Source of the DNA: Deinococcus sp.
Lineage (GTDB): Bacteria; Deinococcota; Deinococci; Deinococcales; Deinococcaceae
Assembly: GCA_965261005.1 (NCBI GenBank)
Contig: OZ253376.1
Location: 192,001-256,000 of the forward strand
Length of the DNA stretch: 64,000 nt
Direction: 5' to 3'
The notes beneath the pieces were generated by a model. That model worked only from the letters and a program-made list of their open reading frames with translations, ran no database searches and was not told the DNA's origin. A program made the position numbers and the translations under genes. Numbering within the stretch: the stretch's first letter is position 1; every line of letters begins with the position of its first letter. Positions 12,205-23,656 of this stretch are shown here, piece by piece.

Positions 12205-12927
12205 GTGCTTCCCCTGCTGCGCGCCGCGCACCTCGCGCTGACCTTTTTAACCACGCTGCCGCTGCCGCACGTGGGCGAGGTGCGGGAGGGGGAGTTCGCG
12301 CGGGCCAGCGGTTTCTATCCGCTGGCCGGCTACGCGGTGGGCGCCGCCGTGGCGCTGACCTTGTGGCTGACCTCGGCGCTGCCGGGGGGGGTGGGGGCGG
12401 CCCTCGGCCTGGCGGCGTGGCTGGCCGTGACCGGCATGTTGCACTTCGACGGCCTGGTGGACGCGGCGGACGCGCTGTTTGCCATGAAAAGTCCGGCGCG
12501 GCGCCTCGAAATCCTGGCGGACGTTCACGTCGGCGCCTTTGGCCTCGCCACGGGGGTGGTCGCGCTGCTGCTGAAGTGGAGCTTGCTGGGCGCGCTCGGG
12601 TCGCCGCTGTGGCCCATCGTCGCGGCGGTGGCGGCGCGCCTGGTCGTGCTGGCCCCCATGAACCTCTACCCGGCGGCGCGGCGCGAATCCCTCGGGGCGC
12701 GCTCGCGCGAGGGGTGGTGGCCGGTGGCCTGCCTGGTGGCGCTGCCCGCGCTGCTGATCCCCTCGGCGTGGATTGGCTTTTTGGGCGCGCTGGCGGCGGC
12801 GGCGCTGGCGGCCCGCTTCGCGGCCTCGCGCCTGGGCGGCGGTTTGAACGGCGATGTGTACGGGGCCGTGATCGAGTGCGCGGAGATCGCCGCGCTGCTG
12901 GCGATGGCTTGGGCGGCGCGGGTCTAG
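12205..12927 (+). CDS. cobS: Adenosylcobinamide-GDP ribazoletransferase (cobalamin synthase)
   Basis: [32 protein letters not shown]. Confidence 0.93.
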   Translation: MLPLLRAAHLALTFLTTLPLPHVGEVREGEFARASGFYPLAGYAVGAAVALTLWLTSALPGGVGAALGLAAWLAVTGMLHFDGLVDAADALFAMKSPARRLEILADVHVGAFGLATGVVALLLKWSLLGALGSPLWPIVAAVAARLVVLAPMNLYPAARRESLGARSREGWWPVACLVALPALLIPSAWIGFLGALAAAALAARFAASRLGGGLNGDVYGAVIECAEIAALLAMAWAARV

Positions 12928-12959
12928 CCCTTGCACCCGCTTCCCCGGGCGCGTAGGAT

Positions 12960-13125
12960 GGCGCCACCTGGTGCCCGGCGCGTGTAGCGCGGGCTTAAAC
13001 GTGGGGAAGTCCGGTGAGATTCCGGCGCTGTTGCGCAGCGGTGTGTGAGCCAAGCTCATAAGCCCGAATGCCTGCCAGGAACGTCACGCGCAAGCGGCGT
13101 GACACCTCTCGTCGAAAGGGGGACA
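12960..13125 (+). promoter_or_regulatory. Cobalamin riboswitch (ends approximate)
   Basis: GGTGCC...TTAA..GGGAAGTCCGGTGAGATTCCGGCGCTG...AGCCCGAATGCCTGCC B12-box pattern upstream of the btuF-cob operon. Confidence 0.88.
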
Positions 13126-13224
13126 GCGCGCGGGATTCGCCCGCACTTTCAGTCACGCTGCCGAACCGTTTCCGCGAGGAGACGGTTTTTTCGTTTGGAC
13201 TTCAGTATGTGTTTAGGAGACGTG

Positions 13225-14097
13225 ATGCACACCCGTTTGACCGCCGTTCTCACGGCCGCCCTGCTCGGCTCGGCCCTCGCCACCCAGTACCCACTCACCG
13301 TCACCGACGACCTCGGGCGCACGGTCACGCTCAGGAGCGAGCCGAAACGCATCGTCGCCATGCTGCCCAGCCACACCGAGACGCTGTTCGCCCTGGGAGC
13401 GGGCGACAAGCTGGTGGGCATCGACGTGTACTCGAACTACCCCAAGGCCGGGACCGCCAACATCGAAAAGGTCGGCAGCGGCTACCAGCCCAACATCGAG
13501 GCGATTGTGGCCCTCAAACCCGACCTCGTGCTGGCCGACGAGTCCGCGTCCTCCAAGCTGACCGCCAAGCTCGCGGCGGCGGGCCTCACGGTCTACGGCG
13601 GCACCGCGCAGACCTTGAGCGAGGTGTTTCAAAAGGTCGCCGTTCTCGGCAAGCTGGTCAACCGCGAGGCGGCGGCCACCAACCTGATCGCCAGCATGCG
13701 CCGCGACCTCGACGCGGTGCAGGCCAGCGTGCTGAACGCGCCCAAGGTCAGCGTCTACTACGAGGTGGACCCGACCCCTTACACGGCGGGGCCGAACAGC
13801 TTTATCGGGGAACTGCTGACGCGGGCAGGCGGGCGCAACATCATCCCGGCAAACCTGGGCGACTTTCCGCAGATCAGCCCGGAATTCGTGCTGAAAAGCA
13901 ACCCCAGCGTCATCATCGGCCCGGCCCTCAAGGACGTGGCGGGGCGCCCTGGCTGGAACACCCTCGCGGCCGTGAGGGAAAAGCGCGTCTACCAGCCGAC
14001 CCCCGAGGAGGACGACGCCCTGTCGCGCCCCGGTCCGCGCCTCGCCGCCGCGCTGCGGACGCTGGCGAGAATGCTTCACCCCGAGCGCTTTCCGTGA
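13225..14097 (+). CDS. btuF: Corrinoid ABC transporter substrate-binding protein
   Basis: Signal peptide, VTDDLGRTV...[30 protein letters not shown]; riboswitch context. Confidence 0.85.
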   Translation: MHTRLTAVLTAALLGSALATQYPLTVTDDLGRTVTLRSEPKRIVAMLPSHTETLFALGAGDKLVGIDVYSNYPKAGTANIEKVGSGYQPNIEAIVALKPDLVLADESASSKLTAKLAAAGLTVYGGTAQTLSEVFQKVAVLGKLVNREAAATNLIASMRRDLDAVQASVLNAPKVSVYYEVDPTPYTAGPNSFIGELLTRAGGRNIIPANLGDFPQISPEFVLKSNPSVIIGPALKDVAGRPGWNTLAAVREKRVYQPTPEEDDALSRPGPRLAAALRTLARMLHPERFP

Positions 14098-14714
14098 GCG
14101 ACCCGACCGATCAGGAGCGCCGCGCCGCCGCGATGGCCCGCCTCGCCGAGGAGCGCGACGGTCACAAAAAAACGGAGGGGCCGACGCAGGGATCGCGCCG
14201 CAAAGGACTGATCATCGTGAACACCGGGCGCGGCAAGGGCAAGACGACCGCCGCCCTAGGGCTGATGCTGCGCGCCAGCGGGCGCGGCCTCAAGGTCAAG
14301 CTGTTTCAGTTCATCAAGCACGAGCGCGCCCAATTCGGCGAGCACCGCAGCCTGGAAAAGCTGGAGGTGCCGTTTCAGGGGCTGGGCGACGGCTTCACTT
14401 GGCGCTCAAAGGACTTGGAGGGGTCGGCCGCCTTGGCGGCGGTTGGCTGGCAGCAAGCCAGGGCGGCCATCGAGGGCGGCGGGTGGGACATGGTCGTGCT
14501 CGACGAGTTCACCTACGCCCTCAGCTACGGCTGGGTGCCGTGGGCCGAGGTGGAGGCGGCCCTGCGCGGGCGCGACCCCAAGCTGCACGTGGTCATCACC
14601 GGGCGGGACGCTTTGCCCGAACTGGTCGCCCTGGCCGACACCGTGACCGAGATGCAACCAATCAAGCACGCCTACCAGGCGGGCGTGCGGGCGCAGGCGG
14701 GCATCGAGCACTGA
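14094..14714 (+). CDS. cobO: Cob(I)yrinic acid a,c-diamide adenosyltransferase
   Basis: [34 protein letters not shown]. Confidence 0.93.
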   Translation: MSDPTDQERRAAAMARLAEERDGHKKTEGPTQGSRRKGLIIVNTGRGKGKTTAALGLMLRASGRGLKVKLFQFIKHERAQFGEHRSLEKLEVPFQGLGDGFTWRSKDLEGSAALAAVGWQQARAAIEGGGWDMVVLDEFTYALSYGWVPWAEVEAALRGRDPKLHVVITGRDALPELVALADTVTEMQPIKHAYQAGVRAQAGIEH

Positions 14715-15631
14715 TGCGCGCCCGCATCGCCCTGCTCGCCGGCGCCCTCGACCTCGCCTTTGGGGAGTGGCCCGCGCGGCTGCACCCCGTCGTCGGGATG
14801 GGGCGCTACCTGAGCGCGGTTCGCCGGCGCTGGCACTTCGTCAGCCCGGCGGCGCAGCTCCTGGAGGGCGGCCTTTGGTGGGGTCTGGGCGCCCTGGGCG
14901 CTTGGGGCGCGGGCCTGGCCGCCGAACGTCTTGCCGCGCGGCTGCCCGCTGTGGCGCGCCCCGTGGCCGAGGCCCTGCTGTTGAAGCCGCTGTTTTCCGT
15001 TCGCGCGCTGTTTTCGGCTGTGGGAGAGGTGGAGCGCGCCCTCTTGGCGAACGACTTGCCGGGGGCGCGGCGCCTGCTTTCCTGGCACCTGGTCAGCCGC
15101 GACACAACCGAACTGGACCAGGGCGAGGTGGCGGGCGCCGCGCTGGAAAGCCTGGCCGAGAATGTGTCGGACTCGGTGGTGGCGCCGCTGCTGGCCTACC
15201 GCCTGGGCGGGCTGCCGCTCGCGGCGCTCTACCGCTTCGGCAACACGGCGGACGCCATGTGGGGCTACCGCACGCCGGAGTTGGAATGGCCGGGCAAGGT
15301 GGCCGCGCGGGCGGACGACCTGCTGAATGTGCTGCCCGCCCGCCTGAGCGGGCTGCTGCTGGTCGGGGCGGCGTTTCCCTACGGGGGGAACGGGCGGGAA
15401 GCGTGGCGGGTCATGCGGCGGGACGCGCGGCGCCCGCCCTCGCCCAACGCGGGCTGGCCGATGGCGGCGCTGGCGGGCGCCCTGGGCACCGGGCTGACCA
15501 AGCGCGGCGCGTACGTTCTGAATGGGGAGGGGCGCGCGCCGCAGGTCGCCGATCTCGGCCTTGGCGTGCGCCTGACCAAGCTGGCGCTGCTGCTCGGCGG
15601 CGCGCTCTGGCTGGCGGGCGACCGTGCCTGA
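14714..15631 (+). CDS. cbiB: Adenosylcobinamide-phosphate synthase CbiB
   Basis: [44 protein letters not shown]. Confidence 0.93.
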   Translation: MRARIALLAGALDLAFGEWPARLHPVVGMGRYLSAVRRRWHFVSPAAQLLEGGLWWGLGALGAWGAGLAAERLAARLPAVARPVAEALLLKPLFSVRALFSAVGEVERALLANDLPGARRLLSWHLVSRDTTELDQGEVAGAALESLAENVSDSVVAPLLAYRLGGLPLAALYRFGNTADAMWGYRTPELEWPGKVAARADDLLNVLPARLSGLLLVGAAFPYGGNGREAWRVMRRDARRPPSPNAGWPMAALAGALGTGLTKRGAYVLNGEGRAPQVADLGLGVRLTKLALLLGGALWLAGDRA

Positions 15632-16643
15632 GCCGCTTCACCCGGCCGTGCCGTCCGCGCCCCACGGCGGCGCGGACGGCACGGCCTTTGTGGGCCTCGA
15701 CTTCAGCGTGAACAGCAACCCGTTCGGCCCGAACCCGGCGCTGCTCGCGGCGGCGCGCGGGGCGGACATGGGCGTCTATCCCGATCCCGACCTGACCGAG
15801 GTCCGGGCCTGTCTGGCCGCGTGGCACGGCGTTTCCCCCGCCGAGGTCGTGCCGGCCCTTGGCGCGTCGGCGCTTTTGGGACGCCTCGCGTGGGCGTACC
15901 TGCGGCCGGGCGACCGCGTTCTCTCGCTGGGACCCGCCTTCGGGGAGTTCGTGCGGGCGGTGGCGCTGACGCGGGCCAGGCTCGACGTCGCGCAACCGGG
16001 GATGGCCGGAACATTGATCGCGGCCCTCAAGCCCACCTTGGTGTACTTGTCGCGGCCCAACAACCCCCTCGGCACCAGCTTGCCTTGGCGCGAGCTGCGC
16101 GACCTCGCGGACGCCTGTCAGGGGGTAGGCGCCCTGCTGATCCTCGACGAGGCGTACGCGCCGCTGGCGCCGGGATTGCCCACCCTGAAGCGGCACGCGG
16201 CGGTCGTGCGCCTGCACTCTCCGGGCAAGGTCCACGGCGCGGTCGGTTTGCGCCTCGCCTACGCCCTGGCGCCGCCGATGGTCGCCCACGCGCTGCGCAA
16301 CCTCGCCCCGGCCTGGGACTTGCCCGCCCCGACGGTCGCGGCGCTGCTCGCGCTGCCGCGCGCCGGGGCCTTCGTGGACGAGACTTTGCCCCGCTGGCAG
16401 GGGGCGGCGGACGAATTGGCAACTCAATTGGCCGAATTTGTTCCGGTTCACCCCACGGGTTTGCCCTTTTTCACCCTGGAGGTGGGAAACGCGGCGCGGG
16501 TGGGCGCGGCCCTGCTGGCGCGCGGTTTGCGGGCGCGCGACTGCGCCAGCTACGGCTTTCCCGCCCGCCTGCGCGTCTCGGCGCGGACGCCGCCAGAGAA
16601 CGCCGCGCTGCTGTCGGCTTTGCGGGACGTGACCCGTGGGTAG
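15624..16643 (+). CDS. PLP-dependent threonine-phosphate decarboxylase-like protein (Salmonella CobD-like)
   Basis: [31 protein letters not shown]; cob operon context. Confidence 0.85.
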   Translation: MPEPLHPAVPSAPHGGADGTAFVGLDFSVNSNPFGPNPALLAAARGADMGVYPDPDLTEVRACLAAWHGVSPAEVVPALGASALLGRLAWAYLRPGDRVLSLGPAFGEFVRAVALTRARLDVAQPGMAGTLIAALKPTLVYLSRPNNPLGTSLPWRELRDLADACQGVGALLILDEAYAPLAPGLPTLKRHAAVVRLHSPGKVHGAVGLRLAYALAPPMVAHALRNLAPAWDLPAPTVAALLALPRAGAFVDETLPRWQGAADELATQLAEFVPVHPTGLPFFTLEVGNAARVGAALLARGLRARDCASYGFPARLRVSARTPPENAALLSALRDVTRG

Positions 16644-18042
16644 GGCGCTGATGGTGCAGGGCTGCACCTCGGGCGCGGGCAAGTCGTACCTCACGGCGGC
16701 GCTGTGCCGCGCCTTTTCAAACAGAGGGGTGCGGGTCGCCCCCTTCAAGGCGCAGAACATGAGCAACAACGCGGGCGTCACCCCGGCGGGTTTGGAGATG
16801 GGCCGCGCGCAATTGGTGCAGGCGAGCGCCGCGCGGGTCACGCCCGACGCGCGCATGAACCCGGTGCTGCTCAAGCCCGAGGCCGACACCAAGTCGCAGG
16901 TCGTGGTCCTCGGCAAGGCGGACCTGGAACTGTCGGCCTTGCCGTGGCGCGAGCGCAAAGGGCGCTTGTGGCCGGTCGTGCGCGACAGCCTGCACAGCCT
17001 GCTGGCCGAGTACGATCTGCTGGTGATCGAGGGCGCGGGCAGCCCCGCCGAAGTCAACTTGCGCGGCGGCGACATCGTCAACATGGCCGTGGCGCTGGAG
17101 GCGCGGGCGCGCGTGCTGCTGACCTGCGACATCGACCGGGGCGGCGCCTTCGCCCACCTGCTGGGCACCTGGCACTGCCTGAGCGGGGCCGAGCGCGCGC
17201 TGCTGGGCGGCTTCGTGCTCAACAAGTTCCGGGGCGACCCGGGCTTGCTGTCCCCCGCGCCCGAGTGGCTCGAAGGGCGGACCGGCGTGCCCACCCTGGG
17301 CGTCGTGCCGCTGCTGGAGGTCTCCTTGCCCGAGGAGGACGGCGCGTGGCTGGACACGCCCAACGCGGCGGCTCTGCGCGGCGCGGTCGCCGTCGTCCGC
17401 TTGCCGCGCGTCTCGAACCTCGACGAGTTCGCCCCGCTGGGCGCGCTCGCCCGCTGGGTGAACCGACCTGCCGATCTTGGCGCGGCGTGCGCCGTCATCC
17501 TGCCCGGCTCGAAGAGCGTGCGCGCCGACCTGGATTGGCTGCGCGCCACGGGCTTGGCGGGGGCCGTCGCCCGGCTGGCCCGCGCGGGCGTGCCCGTCCT
17601 CGGCGTGTGCGGCGGAATGCAGATGCTCGGCCACACCCTGCGCGATCCGCACGGCGTCGAGGGCGGCGGCGAGGTGCCGGGGCTTGGCCTGCTCGATGTG
17701 GAGACGACGCTGGAGCGGGACAAGACCACCCGGCTGGTGGGCGTGACCGACCGGGAGACCGGCGCGCGGCTGGAGGGATACGAGATTCACCACGGGCGCA
17801 CGCTCACCGGTCCGGACGCGGTCGAGACTGTCGCCGGGCTGGCTTGGCGGCAAGGCAACGTGCGCGGCGTGTACGTTCACGGCCTGCTGGACAACCCCGC
17901 CTACCTGGAGGCGTTCCTGAACCGCGCCGGGCTGACCCCGCCCGCGCCGCCGGACACCCTGGACGCCCGGCTCGACGTGCTGGCGGCGCGCGTCACGGCG
18001 GCCCTCGATTGGCCGCGCGTGCGGGCGCTGGTGGACTTGTGA
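16636..18042 (+). CDS. cobQ: Cobyric acid synthase
   Basis: QGCTSGAGKS, PFKAQNMSNN, IEGAGSPAEVNL, GVCGGMQMLG, GYEIHHG, YVHG. Confidence 0.95.
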   Translation: MGRALMVQGCTSGAGKSYLTAALCRAFSNRGVRVAPFKAQNMSNNAGVTPAGLEMGRAQLVQASAARVTPDARMNPVLLKPEADTKSQVVVLGKADLELSALPWRERKGRLWPVVRDSLHSLLAEYDLLVIEGAGSPAEVNLRGGDIVNMAVALEARARVLLTCDIDRGGAFAHLLGTWHCLSGAERALLGGFVLNKFRGDPGLLSPAPEWLEGRTGVPTLGVVPLLEVSLPEEDGAWLDTPNAAALRGAVAVVRLPRVSNLDEFAPLGALARWVNRPADLGAACAVILPGSKSVRADLDWLRATGLAGAVARLARAGVPVLGVCGGMQMLGHTLRDPHGVEGGGEVPGLGLLDVETTLERDKTTRLVGVTDRETGARLEGYEIHHGRTLTGPDAVETVAGLAWRQGNVRGVYVHGLLDNPAYLEAFLNRAGLTPPAPPDTLDARLDVLAARVTAALDWPRVRALVDL

Positions 18043-18548
18043 GCCGCCTGATCTTCGTCACCGGCGGCGCCCGCAGCGGCAAGTCGCGCTTCGCCGAGGA
18101 CATGGCGCTGGCCCTCAGCCCGGGGGAAAGAACTTACCTGGCGACCGCGCAGCCCCTCGACGACGAGATGCGGGAACGTGTGGAGCGGCACCGGCGGGGG
18201 CGCGACGAGGGCTGGCTGACCATCGAGGAACCCCTCGACGCGGCGCTCGCCGTGCGAAAGGCCAAGGCGCCCTTGATTCTGCTCGACTGCCTGTCGCTGC
18301 TGGTCTCCAACCTGCTGCTCGCCGGGCGCGAGGAGGCGGAGACGCTGGCGGCGGTGGACGACCTGCTGGACGCGGGACGGGGGAAAATCTTGATCGTCGT
18401 CTCCAACGAGGTCGGCTCGGGCGTGGTGCCCGCCTATCCGCTCGGGCGGGTGTACCGCGACCTTCTGGGCCGGGCCAACCAGCGCGTCGCCGCCCGCGCG
18501 GACGAGGCTTACCTGCTGGTGGCGGGCCTGCCGCTGCGTCTGAGATGA
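18039..18548 (+). CDS. cobU: Adenosylcobinamide kinase/guanylyltransferase
   Basis: TGGARSGKS, LLDCL, VSNEVGSG, VAGLP. Confidence 0.94.
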   Translation: MSRLIFVTGGARSGKSRFAEDMALALSPGERTYLATAQPLDDEMRERVERHRRGRDEGWLTIEEPLDAALAVRKAKAPLILLDCLSLLVSNLLLAGREEAETLAAVDDLLDAGRGKILIVVSNEVGSGVVPAYPLGRVYRDLLGRANQRVAARADEAYLLVAGLPLRLR

Positions 18549-18555
18549 TGGGGCC

Positions 18556-19638
18556 GTGACCGACCTCGAACGGCGCTTTCAGCACTTGCTCGACCGAATT
18601 TTCCCCGTGGACGAGGGGGCGGCGCGGGCCGCGCGGGACCGTCAGGCCCAGCTGACCAAGCCCCCCGGCGCCCTGGGCGACCTTGAAGACCTCTCGGTGC
18701 GGCTCGCGGCGGTGTTCGGCACCCCCCGGCCACACCCGCGCAGCGTGGCGGTGGTCGTGTGCGCCGGGGACCACGGCGTGGTGGAGGAGGGCGTGAGCGC
18801 CTTTCCCGCCAGCGTGACGCCCGCGATGGTGGCCAACTTCCTGGCCGACACGCCGTTCGGGCCGGGCGGCGCCGCCGTGAACGCCGTCGCCCGCGCGGTC
18901 GGGGCGCGGGTCTACGTCCTCGACGTGGGGGTGGCGGCGGACCTGCCCGCGTCACCGCGCCTGACGGGGGCCAAGGTGCGCGCCGGCACCCGCAACCTGC
19001 GCCTGGAAAGCGCCATGACGCAGGAAGAGACCTTGCGGGCCGTGCTGGCCGGCGCGGACGCCGCCCAGAATGCCATCCGCGAAGGGGCCGACCTGATCGT
19101 GCCGGGGGAGATGGGCATCGGCAACACCACTCCCGCCGCCGCCCTGAGCGCCCGGCTGCTGAACCTGGACCCGGCGCAGGTGACCGGGCGCGGCACCGGC
19201 GTGGACGATGCCCAACTGGCCCACAAGATCGCGGTGGTCCGGGACGCCTTGGCGCGCAATGAGAGCGACGCGGGCGATCCGCTGGGCGCCCTGGCCGACC
19301 TGGGCGGCCTTGAACTCGCCGCCATGCTCGGCGTGATGCTGGCGGCGGCGGCCGGGAAGCGCGCCATCGTCCTCGACGGCTTCGTGGAGGGCGCCGCCGC
19401 GCTGGTAGCCGCCCAGCTGAAGCCCGAGCTGCGCGGCTACCTGTTCGCGGCGGGCCTGTGCGCCGAGCGCGGGCACGCGGCCCAACTGAAATGGTTCGGC
19501 CTCAAGCCGATGTTCGAGCTGAACCTGCGCCTGGGCGAGGGCAGCGGCGGCGTCCTGGCCGCGCCCATGCTGCTGGCGGCGGCGGCCACCCTGCGCGAGA
19601 TGCGAACCTTCGGGGAGGCGGGCGTGCCGAAGGGTTGA
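18556..19638 (+). CDS. cobT: Nicotinate-nucleotide-dimethylbenzimidazole phosphoribosyltransferase
   Basis: LTKPPGALG.LE, DHGV, GEMGIGNTT, LRLGEGSG. Confidence 0.95.
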   Translation: MTDLERRFQHLLDRIFPVDEGAARAARDRQAQLTKPPGALGDLEDLSVRLAAVFGTPRPHPRSVAVVVCAGDHGVVEEGVSAFPASVTPAMVANFLADTPFGPGGAAVNAVARAVGARVYVLDVGVAADLPASPRLTGAKVRAGTRNLRLESAMTQEETLRAVLAGADAAQNAIREGADLIVPGEMGIGNTTPAAALSARLLNLDPAQVTGRGTGVDDAQLAHKIAVVRDALARNESDAGDPLGALADLGGLELAAMLGVMLAAAAGKRAIVLDGFVEGAAALVAAQLKPELRGYLFAAGLCAERGHAAQLKWFGLKPMFELNLRLGEGSGGVLAAPMLLAAAATLREMRTFGEAGVPKG

Positions 19639-19979
19639 AGGTCCGCACCCGAGCTTATGCTGCTCTGGCGCTTGAGCCTTGCTCGACATCATGCTGTCAA
19701 CTGCGGTCGTCGTCGGGGCGCTGATCGCGCGGCGCAATGGCCGTGAACCGCGCGGCCTTGTCGCGCCCGGTCCTCTACCTCAGCTATGCGCCGCGCTATT
19801 AAAGCTTTTATGAACTTTCAGTCCCCTACCAATCGGGGAAGTGGTTGAAGCCCTGGTCACCCCACCCCGCACGACGCCCACCCGAGGGCGCGCTTGTCAG
19901 AGGGGGCCGAACGCATCCTGGCGTGCATCGGCACCCGCGGCTCTCACGCAGGCTGCGTGCAACTGGCCCCACCTGCGCC

Positions 19980-20402
19980 TCAGGTCTGGGGCACCTCATC
20001 GGCAGAACGCAGAGGCCAGCGGTGTGCCCACGCGGCAAGCTCGTCCAGCGCAGGCTTAAGATCTCGCCCCTGCGCCGTGAGTGCATATTCGACCCGCACT
20101 GGCGTGCTGGGCACCACAGTGCGGACAACGATCCCGGCCTCCTCCAACTCACGCAGGCGCTCGCTGAGCATGCGGTCGGTCATCTCTGGCAAGGTGGCGC
20201 TGATAACGCTAAAGCGGGCGGGACGCTGGAGCAAGACGTGCACGATGGCTCCACTCCAGCGGCGTCCAATCAGTTCGACGGCGTGGTGGAAGCGCGTGCA
20301 AATGGTATGTGTGTCGTCTCGTGACGGCTGCTCAGCGACCGACAACGGCGCGATTGGCGGGGATGAGGCGATGAAATCCGTGGACATGCCGACAGAATAC
20401 AT
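19980..20402 (-). CDS. HxlR-family regulator
   Basis: C.RFHHAVELIGRRWSG...DRMLSERLRELE...PVRVEYALT. Confidence 0.9.
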   Translation of the reverse strand: MYSVGMSTDFIASSPPIAPLSVAEQPSRDDTHTICTRFHHAVELIGRRWSGAIVHVLLQRPARFSVISATLPEMTDRMLSERLRELEEAGIVVRTVVPSTPVRVEYALTAQGRDLKPALDELAAWAHRWPLRSADEVPQT

Positions 20403-20411
20403 CGTTCGCGC

Positions 20412-20470
20412 TTGACAGTAGGAACTTCCTAGAGTATAGTTCCTATCACCTATAAAAAGTATAGTGATAT
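20412..20470 (+). promoter_or_regulatory. Sigma-70-type promoter with overlapping palindromic operators
   Basis: TTGACA(20412)-N17-TATAGT(20435); TAGGAACT-N11-AGTTCCTA (20419-20445); second palindrome TATCAC...GTGATA. Confidence 0.72.
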
Positions 20471-20508
20471 GGTTCGCTTAGTCTTCCCGCCGCCCAAGAG
20501 GTCCCGTC

Positions 20509-21405
20509 ATGCTCACGACCAGCCCCATCGCCACCGCCCGCACCCCGCAACTCATTATCGACGCGGTTCACAACGGACGCACCTCCTCCAGGGATGACAG
20601 CTGGACCATCCTTCCGCCCGATGTCAGCCGCTGGGATCCGTTCGTTCTTCTGGTAGAGGATACTTTCAACACGCTTGGCTTCCCTTGGCATCCACACCGT
20701 GGTTTTCAGACGCTGACGTACGTTCTTGACGGCCAACTCGAACACCGAGACAACGCGGGCGGCTTCGGCGTGCTTGGTCGCGGCGACGCGCAGTACATGC
20801 TTGCGGGAAAGTACGCGATGCACTACGAACTCGCCCACCAGTTCAAGCCGGTGCAGGTGCTTCAGGCGTGGATCAATCTGCCCGCCGCCGATAAACTTGG
20901 ACCGAGCGGCTACGTTGATCTCGCCCGCAGCAATGCCAACCGCATTGAGCTGCCTGGGGTCATCGCGCGCCTTCACGTGGGCCGCGTGGCGGGACTTAAG
21001 GGCGCAGATGAGCGTCAATTCAAGGTGCCCATCACACTGCTCGATGCGGAGATAGAGGCGGGCGCGTCTCTCACGCACGAAGTGCCGGGCGACCACGTCG
21101 TCGCGCTCTATGTGGCGCAGGGCAGCGTGCGGGTCGGGCCGGATAGATTGCAGGTCGCAGCTCATCATACCGCTTGGTTCGGTGCTGCTGAGCCGGGAAC
21201 GACGGCGATCGCGATCGAGGCCGACGAGGACGCTTTCATCATCGTCTACTCTGGCCGCCCCGTGCGCGAGTCCGTGACGTTCGGTGGGCCATTCCTGATG
21301 AACACTGAGGCCGAGAACCGGCAGGCGATGGCCGAGTTCCGCGCCGGACACTTCGGAGAGTTGCCCAGTGACCCCACGCCCACAGACGCGGCGACCCGCC
21401 GCTAA
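20509..21405 (+). CDS. Pirin-family protein
   Basis: DPFVLL, FPWHPHRGFQTLTY, HRDNAG, GGPFLMN. Confidence 0.92.
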   Translation: MLTTSPIATARTPQLIIDAVHNGRTSSRDDSWTILPPDVSRWDPFVLLVEDTFNTLGFPWHPHRGFQTLTYVLDGQLEHRDNAGGFGVLGRGDAQYMLAGKYAMHYELAHQFKPVQVLQAWINLPAADKLGPSGYVDLARSNANRIELPGVIARLHVGRVAGLKGADERQFKVPITLLDAEIEAGASLTHEVPGDHVVALYVAQGSVRVGPDRLQVAAHHTAWFGAAEPGTTAIAIEADEDAFIIVYSGRPVRESVTFGGPFLMNTEAENRQAMAEFRAGHFGELPSDPTPTDAATRR

Positions 21406-21610
21406 AGCAGTCAACGGATAATCAACCCGGCGGGGGTAGCCCCCTCGGTGAGCAGCTCTCCAGTGATTTACGCGCCAACAACCTCCCAGATGAGCTGAAT
21501 AAGTCGGCAACTCAGTCCTGCGACGCCGCCCGCCGAACGCGCTGAACTGCCTATCGCATTCGCCAGTCATAGGAGCCGAACAATGCCGACCCTGCTTGCC
21601 ACAGCTGTTA

Positions 21611-22678
21611 TTGATACCGGTCTAAGTTAAGGACGGTCGGAAAGGGTGAAGGAGCTTGTTGGGGAGGTCAGCGGAGCGAACGCGCTGCCAGCCGGTTCGC
21701 AGCTTGGCCTTGAGTTGTGGGAGGTCGTGTGGGCAGAAGTTGCCCAGAACGTGCTGCTTGACGTAGGCCCACAGGTGTTCAATCGGATTGAGTTCCGGCG
21801 CATAGGCTGGCAGGAACACCAGCGACAGGCGCTCATGTCCCTCGACCAAGGCGTTGACCAGCTTGGCTTTGTGGATGCGCGCGTTGTCCAGCACCACCAC
21901 GACCTCCCCCTCGACATGCGTCAGAACATGCTTCAAAAAGGCCACCACCTTGGGCGCTTTCACGGCACCTGAGTGGGTGTGCTGCACAAACTGTCCGTTC
22001 GTCGTGACGGCGCCGATGGTCGAGAGTTTGTCCCAGCTCGCCTTGGTCGGGATCAGCGGTGTCTGTCCCCGTGGTGCCCAAGTCCGCGTGACGGTTGCTT
22101 TGAGGCTGAAGCCGCTCTCGTCGAGGAAGACCAATGTGGCGCCCTCAGCCCTCTTTTTTTTTCAACTCAGGCAGCACCGTCTCCACCCAAGTCTGAACCG
22201 CCGCTTCATTGCGCTCCAACGCCCGCGTCTCGGCCTTTTGGCGTGAAAAGCCTAACTGGTGCAGCACTTTGCGCAGGTGATCGGGGTGCTGCCACACCCC
22301 GAACTCACGGCCGATCAGCGCCCGGACACGCTTGGTGGTCCAGCGCGCGTCATCCCAGCCGTGCGCCTGTGGACCTTCACACAGCTTCTGGCGCAACACC
22401 TCGCGCTGCTCAAAGCTCAACGCGGCGGGACGACCGCCGGACCTGGTGGCCTTGAGGGCATCTTTGCCGTGGTCACGCAACGCTTTGCGCCAGTTGCGCA
22501 CCGTACTCGGTGATACCCCGAGCGCCTCGGTAATCTCTTAGGTCGCCTGCCCCGCTTCCAACAACTGCTGCCCGTACAACCGACGTTCTTCCTGCTGACT
22601 TCGACTCAGCGCCCCTGGACGCCATACCTTCAACACACGCCTAGCTTATTAGATGTCCCTTACTTAAACCGGTATCAA
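21611..22678 (-). mobile_element. IS630-family element; orfA has a premature stop
   Basis: 17-bp imperfect TIRs TTGATACCGG(T)YTAAGT, TA duplication on both sides, DDE orfB (FLDESG, LDNARIH, YAPELNPIE), A9 slippery site at 22154-22162, in-frame TAA at 22538-22540. Confidence 0.92.
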
Positions 22679-22776
22679 TAAGCATTCAAGACGGCGACAC
22701 CAGCTGTCCAACACGAGAAGTGGAACGGGCGGCGTCGCCCGTTTGGGTGACGACAAGATCCAGCAACTTTAGTACG

Positions 22777-23370
22777 CTAAGCCGCCCCGTTCTCCTCCGG
22801 TAGGCCGGTTGAAGCGCGTTTCACGATGTCCATGACAGTGTTTTTGCTCAAGCGCAGCTCGCGGGCAATCTCCCGATATGACCGCCCCCGCGCTCGCAAT
22901 CGCAGCACGCGGGCCGTGTACCGCTCCGCCTTTGTACGTTGCCCTGGCTGACGACCGAACGGCACGCCGCGCTCGCGCGCCGCTGCGACGCCCGACTTCA
23001 CCCGCTCCCGCAACAGGTCCCGCTCGAACTCCGCTAGCGCCGCCATCAACGATGCGAACAGCTTGCCCTGGGGCGAACTCAGGTCAAACTGCAATTCTGT
23101 CTGCGCGATCACCGACACGCCGCATGCCTCCAACTCCCGCAGGCTGTGCAGCAGATCGGTCGTCGAGCGCCCCCACCGGGTGAGTTCCGTGACCAGCACC
23201 ACCTTGCCCCGCTGAGCCCGCTGGTCCTTACTCCCGGAAGCCGTCTCCTTGAACACACCCACGACCTCATACCTGCCGCGTTGGGCGAATGCCCGCAGGT
23301 CCCGTTCCTGGCGGTCACAGGACTGGTCACTCGTGGAGACCCGGCAGGAGATGGCGGCGCGCTGTCCCAT
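22777..23370 (-). CDS. Serine recombinase (resolvase), likely with a short internal deletion
   Basis: RVSTSDQ, ETASG, ELTRWGRS, AEFERDLLRERV, C-terminal HTH; the segment before VLVTEL is shorter than usual. Confidence 0.8.
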   Translation of the reverse strand: MGQRAAISCRVSTSDQSCDRQERDLRAFAQRGRYEVVGVFKETASGSKDQRAQRGKVVLVTELTRWGRSTTDLLHSLRELEACGVSVIAQTELQFDLSSPQGKLFASLMAALAEFERDLLRERVKSGVAAARERGVPFGRQPGQRTKAERYTARVLRLRARGRSYREIARELRLSKNTVMDIVKRASTGLPEENGAA

Positions 23371-23630
23371 TTGAACCTTCTGAAATCCAAGTCCATTTTT
23401 ATTCGTGTTCGTCGGGCTTCTGACCTGTCCCGATTGAACTGTACTTCGTTTGGAACAGAGCAAGCCGCACTCAGTCTCGTCCCATGCGGATGGTTATAGG
23501 ACGAATGTCGTGAGGCATGACGGTGGAGAACTTGCTCCTCGTGGAAGGGGAGCGAGGAACTGACGCCTCGTCCGTCGCTCACCTTCCCACCCGACGGACG
23601 GACGGTGTATGCCAATCGACTATGTTTAGC

Positions 23631-23647
23631 CTTATAACTGTTATAAG
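23631..23647. promoter_or_regulatory. Perfect palindrome upstream of MarR (probable operator)
   Basis: CTTATAAC-T-GTTATAAG ending 10 bp before the ATG. Confidence 0.7.
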
Positions 23648-23656
23648 TATAACTAT

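Noticed and set aside
11426..19737. Long Arg/Pro/Ala-rich antisense and off-frame ORFs (e.g. 11426-12967, 15411-17729; also 52145-54820)
   Set aside because: Shadow ORFs of high-GC genes with no family motifs.
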